Origin: Alphaproteobacteria bacterium
GTDB lineage: Bacteria; Pseudomonadota; Alphaproteobacteria; GCA-2746255
Reading direction: 5' to 3'
NCBI GenBank assembly: GCA_965249135.1
Contig: OZ252220.1
Coordinates: 1,440,001 to 1,504,000, forward strand
DNA length: 64,000 nucleotides
Positions 49,795 through 60,287 of this stretch are shown here, piece by piece. Both the position numbers and the translations under genes were made by a program. The stretch's first letter is position 1; each line of letters begins with the position of its first letter. Below the pieces are notes generated by a model. That model was not told the DNA's origin. It saw nothing but the letters and a program-made list of their open reading frames with translations, and did not search any database.

Positions 49795-50733
49795 TTACAG
49801 ATTCAGCACCCGCAGCGCGCGAAGCGTGCCACTCGCCAGCCGCGCGAGGGCGACCGGCTTGCCACCCGACATGGCGCAAACCACGGCGCCCTCCTCCTCG
49901 GAGGCCGTAACGCTTTGTGCCTGCCGGTGATCGTCGCATAGAAGCATCTGGATGGTTTGTCCGTGCCGAAGCCGGATCGCCTGTTCTTCCGTCAAGGCCA
50001 GAGCCGGGATGTCGTCCAGCCCGGTCTCGATCGGAAGCAGATGCTTCAAAGCGGACGCATCATGCCCGAGAGAAGCTAGATAATCCAGCGAAATTGCCTG
50101 GTTTTCCGTGAACGGGCCAACCGCAAGCCGGCGCAAATCCTCGATGCAGCCGCACGTCCCAAGTGCGGCGCCCAGATCGCGCGCCAGGCTTCGCATATAG
50201 GTTCCCTTGCCGCAAACGACCTCGAAGGTGGCGTGATCCGAATCCGGGATGTCGAGAAGCGCCATGGTCACGACCTCCACCGTCCGCGGCGCAAGCTCAA
50301 AGGGGTCCGCCGAGCGCGCCCGTGCATAGGCCCGCTTGCCTTCGACCTTGATCGCCGAATAGATGGGCGGCACCTGTTCGATGAGGCCTGTGAAGGCGGG
50401 AAGCACCTTTTGGATCTCCGTTTCCGTCGGCCGGCATTCACTTTGCCCAGTGAGCTTGCCGTCCACATCGTCCGTCTCGCGCGCCTCGCCCCAGCGGACA
50501 CGGAAGCGGTAGGTCTTTCGGCCTTCCATCGCGTACGCCATTGTCTTTGTCGCTTCGCCGAGCGCGATCGGCAGCACGCCGGTCGCCAGCGGATCGAGCG
50601 TGCCGCCATGCCCTGCCTTCGCCGCGCCAAGATGCCGGCGCACGGCTGCCACCGCCTGCGCCGAGGTGATCCCCTTCGGCTTGTCGAGCACCAGCCAGCC
50701 GTGAATGGGGCGTCCGTTTCGTTTACGTGTCAT
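49795..50733 (-). CDS. truB: tRNA pseudouridine(55) synthase
   Basis: LDKP, GHGGTLDPLATGVL, PPIYSAIK and KGTYMRSL. Confidence 0.97.
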   Translation of the reverse strand: MTRKRNGRPIHGWLVLDKPKGITSAQAVAAVRRHLGAAKAGHGGTLDPLATGVLPIALGEATKTMAYAMEGRKTYRFRVRWGEARETDDVDGKLTGQSECRPTETEIQKVLPAFTGLIEQVPPIYSAIKVEGKRAYARARSADPFELAPRTVEVVTMALLDIPDSDHATFEVVCGKGTYMRSLARDLGAALGTCGCIEDLRRLAVGPFTENQAISLDYLASLGHDASALKHLLPIETGLDDIPALALTEEQAIRLRHGQTIQMLLCDDHRQAQSVTASEEEGAVVCAMSGGKPVALARLASGTLRALRVLNL

Positions 50734-51148
50734 CGCTTCGTTTGCTTTTCGCCCGAGGTGTGGCGTCGGTCAGATCCTGCGCCACCTCCGGTCGGTGAAG
50801 CAGGGCTTCGACCTTCGATACCGCTTCGAAAGTGCCGTCCGGCTGAAAGGCAAGGGCGGGCAAGTAGCGAAGCTGAACGTGACGGGCGAGTTGGATGTGA
50901 AGATAGGGCGTGGCCCTGCTCAACGCCTCGATCAGGTCTTCCATGCCTTCGCCGCCAAGGGGTGTGACGAAAACGATCGCCTTTCGAAGATCCGGCGTTA
51001 CCCGAACCTCCGTCACGGTGATTGGCGTGCCGGTGAGAACCGGATCGCGGAAGTGACCGCGTTCGAAGATGGTGGCAAGGGCATGACGCAATTCTTCGCC
51101 GACGCGAAGCTGCCGTTGGGAGGGGACCTTGCCCCGAGAAGACGTCAT
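50723..51148 (-). CDS. rbfA: Ribosome-binding factor A
   Basis: RQLRVGEELR, TEVRVTPDL and LRYLP. Confidence 0.95.
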   Translation of the reverse strand: MTSSRGKVPSQRQLRVGEELRHALATIFERGHFRDPVLTGTPITVTEVRVTPDLRKAIVFVTPLGGEGMEDLIEALSRATPYLHIQLARHVQLRYLPALAFQPDGTFEAVSKVEALLHRPEVAQDLTDATPRAKSKRSDDT

Positions 51149-51190
51149 GGCATTTCTTCCGAACCGAGACGGGAAAATAAGGAAAACGAC

Positions 51191-53692
51191 TCAGAGCGTC
51201 GCCGCGATCTCTTCGACCTCGAAGCATTCGATCACATCCCCGACCTGGATGTCCTGATAGTTCTCGAAGGCCATCCCGCAATCGTTGCCGTCACGAACTT
51301 CCTTCACCTCGTCCTTGAACCGCTTGAGACTGCTTAGCTTGCCTTCGTGAATGACGACGCTGTCGCGCAGGAGCCGGACGCCGACGCCACGGCGAACCAA
51401 GCCATCCGTCACCATGCAACCCGCCACCTTGCCGACCTTCGAGATGTTGAAAACCTCGCGAATCTCGGCGTTCCCAAGGTATTTCTCGCGGCGGATCGGG
51501 GACAGCATCCCCTCGAGGCCCGCTTTTACGTCATTCGTCACGTCGTAGATGACGGAGTAGTAGCGGATGTCGATTCCTTCCCGTTTCGCAAGCTCCCGCG
51601 CCTGCGGGTTCGCGCGCACGTTAAAGCCAATGATGAGAGCATTCGACGCTTTCGCCAGCGTTACGTCCGATTCGTTGATGCCGCCGGCTGCCGTGTGCAG
51701 CACGACGACGGAGACCTCCTCGCTTTCCGAGGAAAGCTTTTCGAGGCTGCTCACGATCGCCTCCACCGAACCCTGAACGTCCCCCTTGACGATCACCGGA
51801 AGCTCTTTGGCGGCTCCGCTGGCAATCTCCGAGAGCATCTGCTCGAGCGTGCCACGCGTGTTCGCCGCGGCTTCCATTTCGCGTTCGCGGCGCCGGCGGT
51901 ATTCCGCGATCTCGCGCGCGCGTGCTTCGTTGTCGACGACGACGAATTCGTCCCCCGCCAGAGGCGCGCCGTTCAAGCCTAAGACCTCGGCCGGCTCCGA
52001 GGGTCCGGCTGCCTCGACGTTCTGTCCCTTGTCGTTGATCAGCGCACGGACCCGGCCCCACTCGCTGCCTGCGACAAAAATGTCGCCGACACGAAGCGTG
52101 CCGCGCTGAATGAGAAGCGTGCCTACGGCACCCCGGCTGTGCTCGAGCTTGGCCTCGACGACGACGCCTTCCGCTGCACGGTCCGGGTTTGCCTTGAGAT
52201 CCAGTATTTCGGCCTGCAGAAGAACCGCTTCTTCAAGCTTATCGAGGTTCTCTCCGGCCTTCGCCGAGACTTCGATGGCGAGCACATCGCCGCCCATCGA
52301 TTCGACGACGACTTCGTGTTGGAGAAGTTCCGAACGCACCCGATCCGGATTCGCCTCCGGCTTATCCATCTTGTTGATGGCGACGATGATGGGCACTTCT
52401 GCCGCTTTTGCGTGGTGAACGGCCTCGATCGTCTGCGGCATGATGCCATCGTCGGCGGCAACGACCAACACGACGATGTCCGTCACCCGCGCGCCGCGCG
52501 AGCGCATCGCTGAGAAGGCTTCGTGGCCCGGCGTATCCAGGAAGGTGATGCTATCCCCGGTCTGAAGCGTCACTCGGTAGGCTCCGATATGCTGGGTAAT
52601 GCCTCCCGCCTCGCGACTGACGACATCCGTTTTGCGAAGGGCATCCAAAAGCGAGGTTTTCCCGTGGTCGACATGACCCATGATCGTAACGACCGGCGCC
52701 CGGCGTTTGAGGAGGGCCGCGTCATCCGGTTCCGTTTTCAACCCGATCTCTACGTCTGCCTCGCTGACGCGTTTTACCTTGTGACCGAATTCGGCGACGA
52801 TGAGCTCCGCCGTGTCGGCGTCGATCACTTGCGTGATATTCCCCATCACGCCCATTTTCATGAGCGCCTTGATGACGTCGACGCCCCGTTCCGCCATCCG
52901 GTTGGAAAGTTCCTGAACCGTGATCGTTTCCGGAATGACGACCTCGCGCACGATCTTGCCGGGTTCCCCTTCGTCGCCTTCTTTCCGCTTCTCCCGTTCC
53001 CGGGCGCGGCGGACGGAGGCAAGGCTGCGGACGCGTTCTTCTTCGTTCAGCGCTTCATTGATCGTCAGCTTGCCGGCCCGCCGGCGCGGCTCGGAGCGTC
53101 GTACCGGCGGCAAACGTTTTGCCTCGGGCTTGCGCCCGGTGGTGCCTTCCTTCTCGCGGATTCGCGTCGCCGCCGCCGAAAGCGCATCCTTCTTGCCTTT
53201 TTCGCTAGCCCATTCCGCTGCGGCTTCCTTCTTTCGTTCGGTGCAGGCACGAGCCGGCTTCTCGGCAGGCGGCGCTTCGGGGGGGGGCATGGGCGCGACC
53301 ACTTCGGGCAGGGCTTCCACTTCCTCGACCGGGGTTTCCAGCACTTCCGGCGGGGCCTCGCCTTCCGGCAGACCGGCGCCTTGAAGGGCGCGGGCGCGCG
53401 CCATCCGTTCCGTTTCCGTGAGTTTGACGCCGCCAAGGGCTTCTTCTTCCGTAAGCTCCGGCGCCTCCATCCCCTCGGGGAGTGCGATGACCTCCGTCAT
53501 GTCGCCCTGGGAATCCTTCGAGAAGGTCCGTTTCTTGCGTGCCTCGACGGTGACCGCCTTCGTCCGGCCATGGGAGAAGCTTTGCCGCACCTGGCCGACC
53601 TTGACGGTTTTCTTCAGTTCCAACCGTCCCGGGCGCTGAAGCGACAGTGACTTCTTCTTTCCCTTTTCTTCTCGTTCGTTCGTTTCCGTCAT
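51191..53692 (-). CDS. infB: Translation initiation factor IF-2
   Basis: [20 protein letters not shown] and KGDVQGS. Confidence 0.98.
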   Translation of the reverse strand: MTETNEREEKGKKKSLSLQRPGRLELKKTVKVGQVRQSFSHGRTKAVTVEARKKRTFSKDSQGDMTEVIALPEGMEAPELTEEEALGGVKLTETERMARARALQGAGLPEGEAPPEVLETPVEEVEALPEVVAPMPPPEAPPAEKPARACTERKKEAAAEWASEKGKKDALSAAATRIREKEGTTGRKPEAKRLPPVRRSEPRRRAGKLTINEALNEEERVRSLASVRRAREREKRKEGDEGEPGKIVREVVIPETITVQELSNRMAERGVDVIKALMKMGVMGNITQVIDADTAELIVAEFGHKVKRVSEADVEIGLKTEPDDAALLKRRAPVVTIMGHVDHGKTSLLDALRKTDVVSREAGGITQHIGAYRVTLQTGDSITFLDTPGHEAFSAMRSRGARVTDIVVLVVAADDGIMPQTIEAVHHAKAAEVPIIVAINKMDKPEANPDRVRSELLQHEVVVESMGGDVLAIEVSAKAGENLDKLEEAVLLQAEILDLKANPDRAAEGVVVEAKLEHSRGAVGTLLIQRGTLRVGDIFVAGSEWGRVRALINDKGQNVEAAGPSEPAEVLGLNGAPLAGDEFVVVDNEARAREIAEYRRRREREMEAAANTRGTLEQMLSEIASGAAKELPVIVKGDVQGSVEAIVSSLEKLSSESEEVSVVVLHTAAGGINESDVTLAKASNALIIGFNVRANPQARELAKREGIDIRYYSVIYDVTNDVKAGLEGMLSPIRREKYLGNAEIREVFNISKVGKVAGCMVTDGLVRRGVGVRLLRDSVVIHEGKLSSLKRFKDEVKEVRDGNDCGMAFENYQDIQVGDVIECFEVEEIAATL

Positions 53693-53729
53693 ATGAATCT
53701 AATCGGTTCCGTGTGGCTTCGTTCTAGGT

Positions 53730-55325
53730 TTATGTCTTTTCTTCTTCGGCGGGTTTCGCATCTTCCGTCGTTTCATCGGCGGTCTCTTCCGATGGCGCTT
53801 CTTCTCCCTCGAACCAATGCGCGCGTACCGCCATGATGATGGTGTCGGCGTCGCTTGCCGAAAGTTTCGCATGGCCAACGATGTCACGAAGTTCGTCACT
53901 TGCGAGATCCGCAAGGTCGTCGAGGGTCTTCACATCCTTCTCGCCAAGCTGAACCAGTATGGCGGGGTTCAAACCTTCGAGCGCGGCCACCTCGTCCGTA
54001 ACGCCGAGCTCCTTGCGTTGCGTCGTCAACCGCTCGTTCTGACCCGTAATATAACTCCGGGCCCGGTCGCGGAGTTCCGTCGCAACGGCTTCGTCGAAGC
54101 CCTCGATAACGGCAAGGTCCTCGATCGGTACGAAGGCGACCTCCTCGACGGCCGAAAAGCCTTCCGTCACGAGCAAGTGGGCGATGACTTCGTCCACATC
54201 GAGTACTTCCGTAAACATTTGCGAACGCGTACGAAATTCCTCACTTCGCCGATCCGACTCTTCGGCCTCGGTTAGAATATCGATGTCCCAACCGGTCAAC
54301 TGGGAGGCAAGGCGCACGTTCTGCCCACGCCGCCCGATGGCAAGGCTTAGCTGATCGTCCGGAACGACGACTTCGATTCGCTGCTGTTCCTCATCCAGCA
54401 CGACCTTCGCCACTTCCGCAGGCGCCATCCCGTTTACGATGAAAGTCGCCGGATCCGGCGACCATGAAATGATGTCGATCTTCTCACCCTGAAGCTCGCT
54501 GACGACGGCTTGCACGCGGCTGCCGCGCATCCCCACACAGGCGCCGACGGGGTCGATCGCCGCATCGTTCGAAAGGACGGCAATTTTCGCACGGCTTCCC
54601 GGGTCACGGGCGACGGCCTTGATTTCGATGATGCCGTCATAGATTTCCGGCACCTCTTGCGCGAAAAGTTTCGCCATGAACTGCGGGTGGGTCCGTGACA
54701 GAAAAATCTGCGGGCCGCGCGGCTCCTGGCGAACGTCGTAGATATAGGCGCGCACCCGGTTGCCGTTGTGGAAGACTTCTCTCGGCAAGGTCTCGTCACG
54801 GCGCAAAAGAGCTTCCGCCCGGCCCAAATCCACGATCAGGTGATTGCCAAACTCGCTTCGTTTGACGATGCCGTTCACGATGTCGCCGACACGACCCTTG
54901 TATTCCTCGAATTGGCGCTCGCGTTCCGCCTCGCGGACTTTTTGGACGATGACCTGCTTTGCCGTTTGGGCGGCAATCCGTCCGAAATCGATCGGTGGCA
55001 AGGATTCCGTCAGAAATTCGCCAATTGCGGCGTCCGGTTTGTGCTTCTGCGCTTCTTCCAGCGTGAGCTGGGTGACTTCGTTTTCCACTTCTTCGACCAC
55101 TTCGAGAAAGCGCATGAGTTCAATCGCCCCGGTCGTGCGATCGATCATGGCGCGGATGTCGTGTTCATGGCCGTATTTCGAGCGGCCGGCCTTCTGGATG
55201 GCCTGCTCCATCGCCTCCAACACTTCATCGGGTTGGATGCCTTTGTCCCGAGCGACGCTTTCGGCCACTTGCAGGAGTTCCGGTCTCGGTTCCGTTACGG
55301 TTTCAAGTTCCATACCCTTGTCCAT
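53730..55325 (-). CDS. nusA: Transcription termination/antitermination factor NusA
   Basis: FGRIAAQTAKQ, ARDPGSRAK and AIGRRGQNVRLA. Confidence 0.98.
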   Translation of the reverse strand: MDKGMELETVTEPRPELLQVAESVARDKGIQPDEVLEAMEQAIQKAGRSKYGHEHDIRAMIDRTTGAIELMRFLEVVEEVENEVTQLTLEEAQKHKPDAAIGEFLTESLPPIDFGRIAAQTAKQVIVQKVREAERERQFEEYKGRVGDIVNGIVKRSEFGNHLIVDLGRAEALLRRDETLPREVFHNGNRVRAYIYDVRQEPRGPQIFLSRTHPQFMAKLFAQEVPEIYDGIIEIKAVARDPGSRAKIAVLSNDAAIDPVGACVGMRGSRVQAVVSELQGEKIDIISWSPDPATFIVNGMAPAEVAKVVLDEEQQRIEVVVPDDQLSLAIGRRGQNVRLASQLTGWDIDILTEAEESDRRSEEFRTRSQMFTEVLDVDEVIAHLLVTEGFSAVEEVAFVPIEDLAVIEGFDEAVATELRDRARSYITGQNERLTTQRKELGVTDEVAALEGLNPAILVQLGEKDVKTLDDLADLASDELRDIVGHAKLSASDADTIIMAVRAHWFEGEEAPSEETADETTEDAKPAEEEKT

Positions 55326-55328
55326 GCC

Positions 55329-55826
55329 TTATGGTTTTGCGGTTTTTGCAATCAGTTCATCGGTAAGCACGAGTTTCGCGCGTTGGATATCGTCGAAATC
55401 AAACTCTAGTGTCTCACCATCCTGATCGAGCCGGATCGTATCGCCATCGATGCCAAGCAATTTCCCCCGAAACTTTCGCCGGCCATCGCAACCTTTCTTC
55501 GTTTCCACCTTCGCAACGTACCCGGAGAACCGGGAAAAATCTTCGCGCCGCACCAACGGCCGATCGATGCCGGGCGAGCTCACCTCCAGCTGATAGGGGC
55601 CCGCTATCGGATCCTCCACATCGAGAAGGGCCGAGACGGTCCGGCTTACCTCGGCACAATCCTCGACCGTGACGTCACCGCCGTCGCTGCGTTCCGTCAT
55701 CACCTGCAGGGTTGGCTTTCGCCCGCCGGTGAAAAGCACCCGCACGACCTCATAACCCATCGCCTCCAGGGAAGGCGAAATCATCTTCAGGATCGGTTCT
55801 TCCAACTTCGTTCTCGGCTCCTGCAT
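55329..55826 (-). CDS. rimP: Ribosome maturation factor RimP
   Basis: DCAEVSR and LEVSSPGIDRPL. Confidence 0.96.
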   Translation of the reverse strand: MQEPRTKLEEPILKMISPSLEAMGYEVVRVLFTGGRKPTLQVMTERSDGGDVTVEDCAEVSRTVSALLDVEDPIAGPYQLEVSSPGIDRPLVRREDFSRFSGYVAKVETKKGCDGRRKFRGKLLGIDGDTIRLDQDGETLEFDFDDIQRAKLVLTDELIAKTAKP

Positions 55827-55850
55827 CGGCTTCGTTTTGCCCGCGCCAAA

Positions 55851-55880
55851 AAATAAAAAGTGGGCCACCGGCCCACCCCT
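55851..55880 (-). promoter_or_regulatory. rimP leader hairpin / attenuator
   Basis: Minus strand GTGGGCC-GGT-GGCCCAC followed by TTTTTATTT, just upstream of rimP-nusA; resembles the known rimP leader terminator. Confidence 0.7.
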
Positions 55881-55949
55881 TTGGTCGTCTGAAACATCTC
55901 TCAGGCTTAGGGAATTTTTCTTTAAAATATAGGGGATTGGAGGGTCCCA

Positions 55950-56681
55950 TCAACCCCTTTTCGCCGGTTTTTCGGCGCTCCGACGCCGCCGCCGGAACCG
56001 TAAATAAGCCACTTTTTTGCCTTCGCGTTCCGCTTTTGCCTCGTAGCGGGTGGCCGGCCAGTCGGCTGGGCGCTCGCGCCAGCCTTGTGGGTGCTCCACT
56101 TCCCAGACGAAGGCGGCGTGGCCTAGCAGATGGGAAAGCACCCATCGAAGATAGCCCACATCGTCGGTGGCCAGCTTCAGCTCCGCCCCGTCCTTCATGA
56201 CGCGGGCCAAGGCGTCCAGATTCTCCTGCGAGACGAAGCGCCGTTTGTGGTGGCGTTTCTTCGGCCAGGGGTCCGGAAAGAGAACAAAAACACGGCCCAG
56301 GCTCGCCGGCGGCAGCGCGGCCAGAAGCATCCGTGCGTCATCCGGAAAGATGCGGACGTTTCGCAAGTCGGCCGCTTCGATCCGGCTCAAGAGACGGGCG
56401 ATCCCGTTCACGAACGGCTCGCAGCCGAGAAACCCGATCCCGGCATGGGCGCCGGCCTGCCAGGCCAGATGCTCGCCGCCGCCAAACCCGATTTCGAACC
56501 AGACGTCGTCCGGCGTCTTTGGAAAGAGCGTCTTCGGATCGATCTCGATGTTTTCGTCGGGGAGCGGAATGGCAAGCCTCGGCAGCAGGCGTTCGAGCCG
56601 TGCCTGCTGACCCGCACGCAGGCGATGGCCGTGACGCCTGCCATAGAGGAGCCGTTTCTGCTGGGTTTGGCGCTCGGCCAT
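55950..56681 (-). CDS. trmB: tRNA (guanine-N7)-methyltransferase
   Basis: EIGFGGGEH, FPDPWPKKRHHKRR and TRYEAKA. Confidence 0.96.
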   Translation of the reverse strand: MAERQTQQKRLLYGRRHGHRLRAGQQARLERLLPRLAIPLPDENIEIDPKTLFPKTPDDVWFEIGFGGGEHLAWQAGAHAGIGFLGCEPFVNGIARLLSRIEAADLRNVRIFPDDARMLLAALPPASLGRVFVLFPDPWPKKRHHKRRFVSQENLDALARVMKDGAELKLATDDVGYLRWVLSHLLGHAAFVWEVEHPQGWRERPADWPATRYEAKAEREGKKVAYLRFRRRRRSAEKPAKRG

Positions 56682-56700
56682 CTCGAACGCAATCTTAAGG

Positions 56701-57870
56701 TTAGGGAAAAGCGGCGCGCAGTTCGTCGACGAGATCCAGACGCTCCCACGAGAAACCGCCATCCGCCTCCGGCTCCCGGCCGAAATGGCCGTAGGTGGCC
56801 GTGCGCTCGTAAATCGGGTGGTTGAGCTTTAAATGCTCGCGGATGCCACGCGGAGAAAGGTCCACCAGATCCCGCAGCACCTCGCAGAGGACCTCCTCAT
56901 CGGCAAGGCCAGTCCCGTGGGTATCGATGTAAACCGACAACGGCTTCGAGACGCCGATCGCATAGGCGAGTTGCATCGTGCAGCGATCGGCTAGCCCCGC
57001 CGCGACGACGTTCTTCGCCAGGTAGCGCGCTGCATAGGCCGCCGAACGGTCGACCTTCGTCGGGTCCTTACCGGAAAAGGCGCCCCCGCCATGGGGTGCG
57101 GCACCACCATAGGTGTCCACGATGATCTTGCGTCCGGTAACCCCCGCATCCCCGTGGGGACCGCCGGTCACGAAGCGGCCCGTCGGGTTCACATAGAACT
57201 CTTCTTCCTTGCACATCCAGCCTTCCGGCAGGGCCCGTTCGACATAGGGCCGGACGATCTCACGGACGGCGTCCTGTTCGAGGTCCGGCGCGTGTTGGGT
57301 CGAGACGACGATGGAGGTGGCGCGGATCGGGTGACCGTCCTGATATTCGAGGGTCACCTGGCTTTTTGAGTCCGGCCTCAGGCCCGGCGCGGTCCCGGCG
57401 TGACGGGCCTCGGCAAGCAAGCGCAGGATGCGATGGGCAAAGTGGATGGGGGCCGGCATCAGCACGTCGGTCTCCCGGCAGGCATAGCCGAACATGATGC
57501 CCTGGTCGCCGGCACCTTCGTCCCTGTTTCCCTTCGCATCGACGCCGGCGGCAATGTCTTCGGACTGGTTGTGAACGTAAACGTCGACTTCCGCTTCCTT
57601 CCAATGAAAGCTTTCGTGGTCGTAGCCGATGGCGCGAATCGTGTTGCGCGCGACGTCCTCGAGCACGGCATGGGTAAGCGATTCAGGCCCGCGAACTTCA
57701 CCGGCCAAAATAATCCGGTTCGTCGTCACCATTGTTTCGACGGCGACGCGTGCATAGGGGTCCGCGTTCAGGAAGGTATCGACGATGGCATCCGAGATCA
57801 GATCGCACACCTTGTCGGGATGGCCCTCCGACACCGACTCGCTGGTGAAGAAATATTTCCCCTTCCGCAC
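56701..57870 (-). CDS. metK: S-adenosylmethionine synthetase
   Basis: [19 protein letters not shown] and GGGAFSGKD. Confidence 0.98.
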   Translation of the reverse strand: MRKGKYFFTSESVSEGHPDKVCDLISDAIVDTFLNADPYARVAVETMVTTNRIILAGEVRGPESLTHAVLEDVARNTIRAIGYDHESFHWKEAEVDVYVHNQSEDIAAGVDAKGNRDEGAGDQGIMFGYACRETDVLMPAPIHFAHRILRLLAEARHAGTAPGLRPDSKSQVTLEYQDGHPIRATSIVVSTQHAPDLEQDAVREIVRPYVERALPEGWMCKEEEFYVNPTGRFVTGGPHGDAGVTGRKIIVDTYGGAAPHGGGAFSGKDPTKVDRSAAYAARYLAKNVVAAGLADRCTMQLAYAIGVSKPLSVYIDTHGTGLADEEVLCEVLRDLVDLSPRGIREHLKLNHPIYERTATYGHFGREPEADGGFSWERLDLVDELRAAFP

Positions 57871-58093
57871 GTGGATTGCCTCCCGATCCGAGGGTTACCC
57901 CACCTTATCCATCGCGGGGTCGGGTCCGTTGTTCCGGCAGAAATCGGGGGATGCCACCGGTTTCGATAAGGCGGTTTTGTGGCAGCCTTTCGATAGACCG
58001 TCAAGCGGCGATGGGGTTTAAGCTTTCGGGATGGAAAAGCAAGTCCTGTCGATGAACGTCGCGGTGACGGAAGTTAAACGCGATGGCAGGCCT

Positions 58094-58576
58094 TTAATCT
58101 TGTTCTTCGCTTTCCCCGTCGGCCAGCGACTTCGTCAGGTCGAGAATCCGCTTGCGCAGGACCAGTGACTTGATTCGGTAATAGGCGCGAACCAGCTGCA
58201 GCGTTTCACGCTTTGCCATCGGATCCCCTTCGAAAGGTGGCGGAACTTCCTCGCGAAGCCCGCCGACGCCCGCGAGACCGACGAACGGTGCGTTGCTCAT
58301 GTCGTCGAAGAAGAAGGAAACCGGCACGTCGAGCACCTGGCTTAATTCGTGCAGCCGGCTTGCGCCAATGCGGTTGGCGCCGCGCTCGTATTTTTGGACC
58401 TGCTGGAAGGTGAGGCCGATCGCCCGGGCCAGCTTTTCCTGGCTCATGCCAAGCAGCGTGCGACGCAGGCGCACCCGGCTTCCGACATGGATGTCGACGG
58501 GATTGGGTCCGTCGCCTTTCTGTCGACCGCGTTTGGGGGGTACGCCTTTTTTCTTTGCTGCTGCGAGCGCGCTCAT
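58094..58576 (-). CDS. XRE family HTH regulator (PhrR/PraR-like)
   Basis: PVDIHVGSRVRLRR..MSQEKLA..LTFQQVQKYERGANRIGASRL; lies between lnt and metK, as in rhizobia. Confidence 0.9.
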   Translation of the reverse strand: MSALAAAKKKGVPPKRGRQKGDGPNPVDIHVGSRVRLRRTLLGMSQEKLARAIGLTFQQVQKYERGANRIGASRLHELSQVLDVPVSFFFDDMSNAPFVGLAGVGGLREEVPPPFEGDPMAKRETLQLVRAYYRIKSLVLRKRILDLTKSLADGESEEQD

Positions 58577-58611
58577 CTAGCTCCCTGCCAACCCCGAAGA
58601 TTGCAGCCGAC

Positions 58612-58658
58612 CGTAGCATACAACCGTATGATGTCAATTCGGCAGAACCTACAACCGT
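58612..58658 (-). promoter_or_regulatory. Candidate promoter and autoregulatory operator of the XRE gene
   Basis: Minus strand TTGACA with the inverted repeat CATAC-N4-GTATG (58617-58630) in the spacer; TACAACCGT repeated at 58619 and 58650. Confidence 0.45.
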
Positions 58659-58679
58659 GTGAGGGTGAGCCGCGGCCGC

Positions 58680-60287
58680 TTAGGTCTTGGCGTACGGGCG
58701 GCGGATGCGCGCCGCCCCAAGCAGGACGAAGCCAGCAACCAGCAAGCCGAGCAGCGCACCATCCTGAAGCCGTGCATAGGGCGGCGGCTCAAGGGCAGCC
58801 GGCAATGGCCCATCCAGCACGCCCTCGACGCCGAGATCGAGCTTGGCACGCACCCGGCCATGCGCATCGACGATCGCCGAAATGCCGGTGTTCGCGGCCC
58901 GAACCAGGGGAAGCCCCTCCTCGACGGCACGAAAGCGGGCCGAGGCGAAATGCTGGTGGGGACCGGAGCTTTCCCCGAACCAGGCGTCGTTCGTCACATT
59001 GAGCAACCAGCGCGGCCGTTCCGTCAGATCCAGCGCCTTGCCCGGAAAAATGGCCTCGTAACAGATGAGCGGGCTCAGCGCCGGCACGCCAGGCAGCAAA
59101 AGCGTGCGCGGTCCGGGCCCGCGGTGGAAATCGCCGATGCCGGGCACGATCCTCGAGAGCGGGAGCCACCTCCGCAGGGGCATGTATTCCCCGAAGGGCA
59201 CGAGGTGAAACTTGTCATAGCCGCCGACGATTTCCCCCTTATCGTCAAGGGCGACCAAACCGTTCGAAGACATGGGTGCCCCACCCCTATCCGCCATCGT
59301 CAGGCGCGGCGCACCGGTCAGCAAAAGCCCCCTCACTGGCACCGCGGGGCGCATGCGGGCACGGCGCTCCGGATCGCCGGAGAGAACGTAAGGTGCTGCC
59401 ATCTCCGGCCAGATGACGACGCTTGCCTCCTCAAAGCCCGCGCCCATCGTCAGCGCCACGTGGCGTTCGAAATGCGCCTCGCGAAGGTCGGGCCGCCATT
59501 TGAGGGCCTGGGGAATGTTCGCCTGAACGAGCCGCAACCGAACGTCCGTCTCGTTTTGCGTCTCCGCCTGAACGAGCCGGACCGTGCCTGCGCCCCAAAG
59601 GAGAAGGAGAAGGCACGCCGTCAAAAGAAACGGCAAGACCCGGGAGGCGTTTTTTTCCTGGGCCAGCACCGTCGGCATCAAGGCCGCCAACACCATGACG
59701 AAGCTTAGGCCATAGCTGCCGATGACGGCCGCCGTCTGGATCATCGCGTCCGAGACGATCCAGCCATGCCCCATGAGCGTCCAGGGGAAACCCGTCAGGA
59801 GATGGCCGCGCAGCCATTCGAAGGCCATCCAAAGCAGCGCGAACAGAAAAGCGCCCCGCCAACCGCCGCTTCCGAAGAACCGGGCAAGCAGGCGAAGGGC
59901 GAGCACGGCACCGGCGGGAAACAGCGCGAGGTAGAAGGCCAAGCCTGGAATCGCAATCGGCACCAGCCAGGCGAAGCGGCCCGCGTCGACGAGAAAGGCA
60001 TTCGTAATCCAGTAAACGCCGACCAAGAAATGCCCGAACCCGAAGGCAAGGCCGAGAAAAAAGGCGGTTCGATGGTTGGGCGCGGCGCTGACGAGCCAAA
60101 AGAGCCCGGGGAAGGCAAGCAGGAGAAGGGGGAGTCCGTGCCAAGGCGGCATCGCGAACGCGGCAAGGGCGCCAAGCAGGAAGGCAAGCGCCCATCGCCG
60201 CCATCCGGCAAGGGCCTCGAAGGACCTTCGAAACCTCAAAGCCCTTGCAAAGAAACCGAATCCGGTCGCGGCGAGACCGTCACCCAT
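58680..60287 (-). CDS. lnt: Apolipoprotein N-acyltransferase
   Basis: EWLRG..GFPW, WPE, YDKFHLVPFGEY, LICYE and TNDAWFG. Confidence 0.95.
   Translation of the reverse strand: MGDGLAATGFGFFARALRFRRSFEALAGWRRWALAFLLGALAAFAMPPWHGLPLLLLAFPGLFWLVSAAPNHRTAFFLGLAFGFGHFLVGVYWITNAFLVDAGRFAWLVPIAIPGLAFYLALFPAGAVLALRLLARFFGSGGWRGAFLFALLWMAFEWLRGHLLTGFPWTLMGHGWIVSDAMIQTAAVIGSYGLSFVMVLAALMPTVLAQEKNASRVLPFLLTACLLLLLWGAGTVRLVQAETQNETDVRLRLVQANIPQALKWRPDLREAHFERHVALTMGAGFEEASVVIWPEMAAPYVLSGDPERRARMRPAVPVRGLLLTGAPRLTMADRGGAPMSSNGLVALDDKGEIVGGYDKFHLVPFGEYMPLRRWLPLSRIVPGIGDFHRGPGPRTLLLPGVPALSPLICYEAIFPGKALDLTERPRWLLNVTNDAWFGESSGPHQHFASARFRAVEEGLPLVRAANTGISAIVDAHGRVRAKLDLGVEGVLDGPLPAALEPPPYARLQDGALLGLLVAGFVLLGAARIRRPYAKT

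Noticed and set aside
53279-53287. 9-nt homopolymer in infB as a phase-variation site
   Set aside because: It encodes a Pro run in the variable linker of an essential gene.
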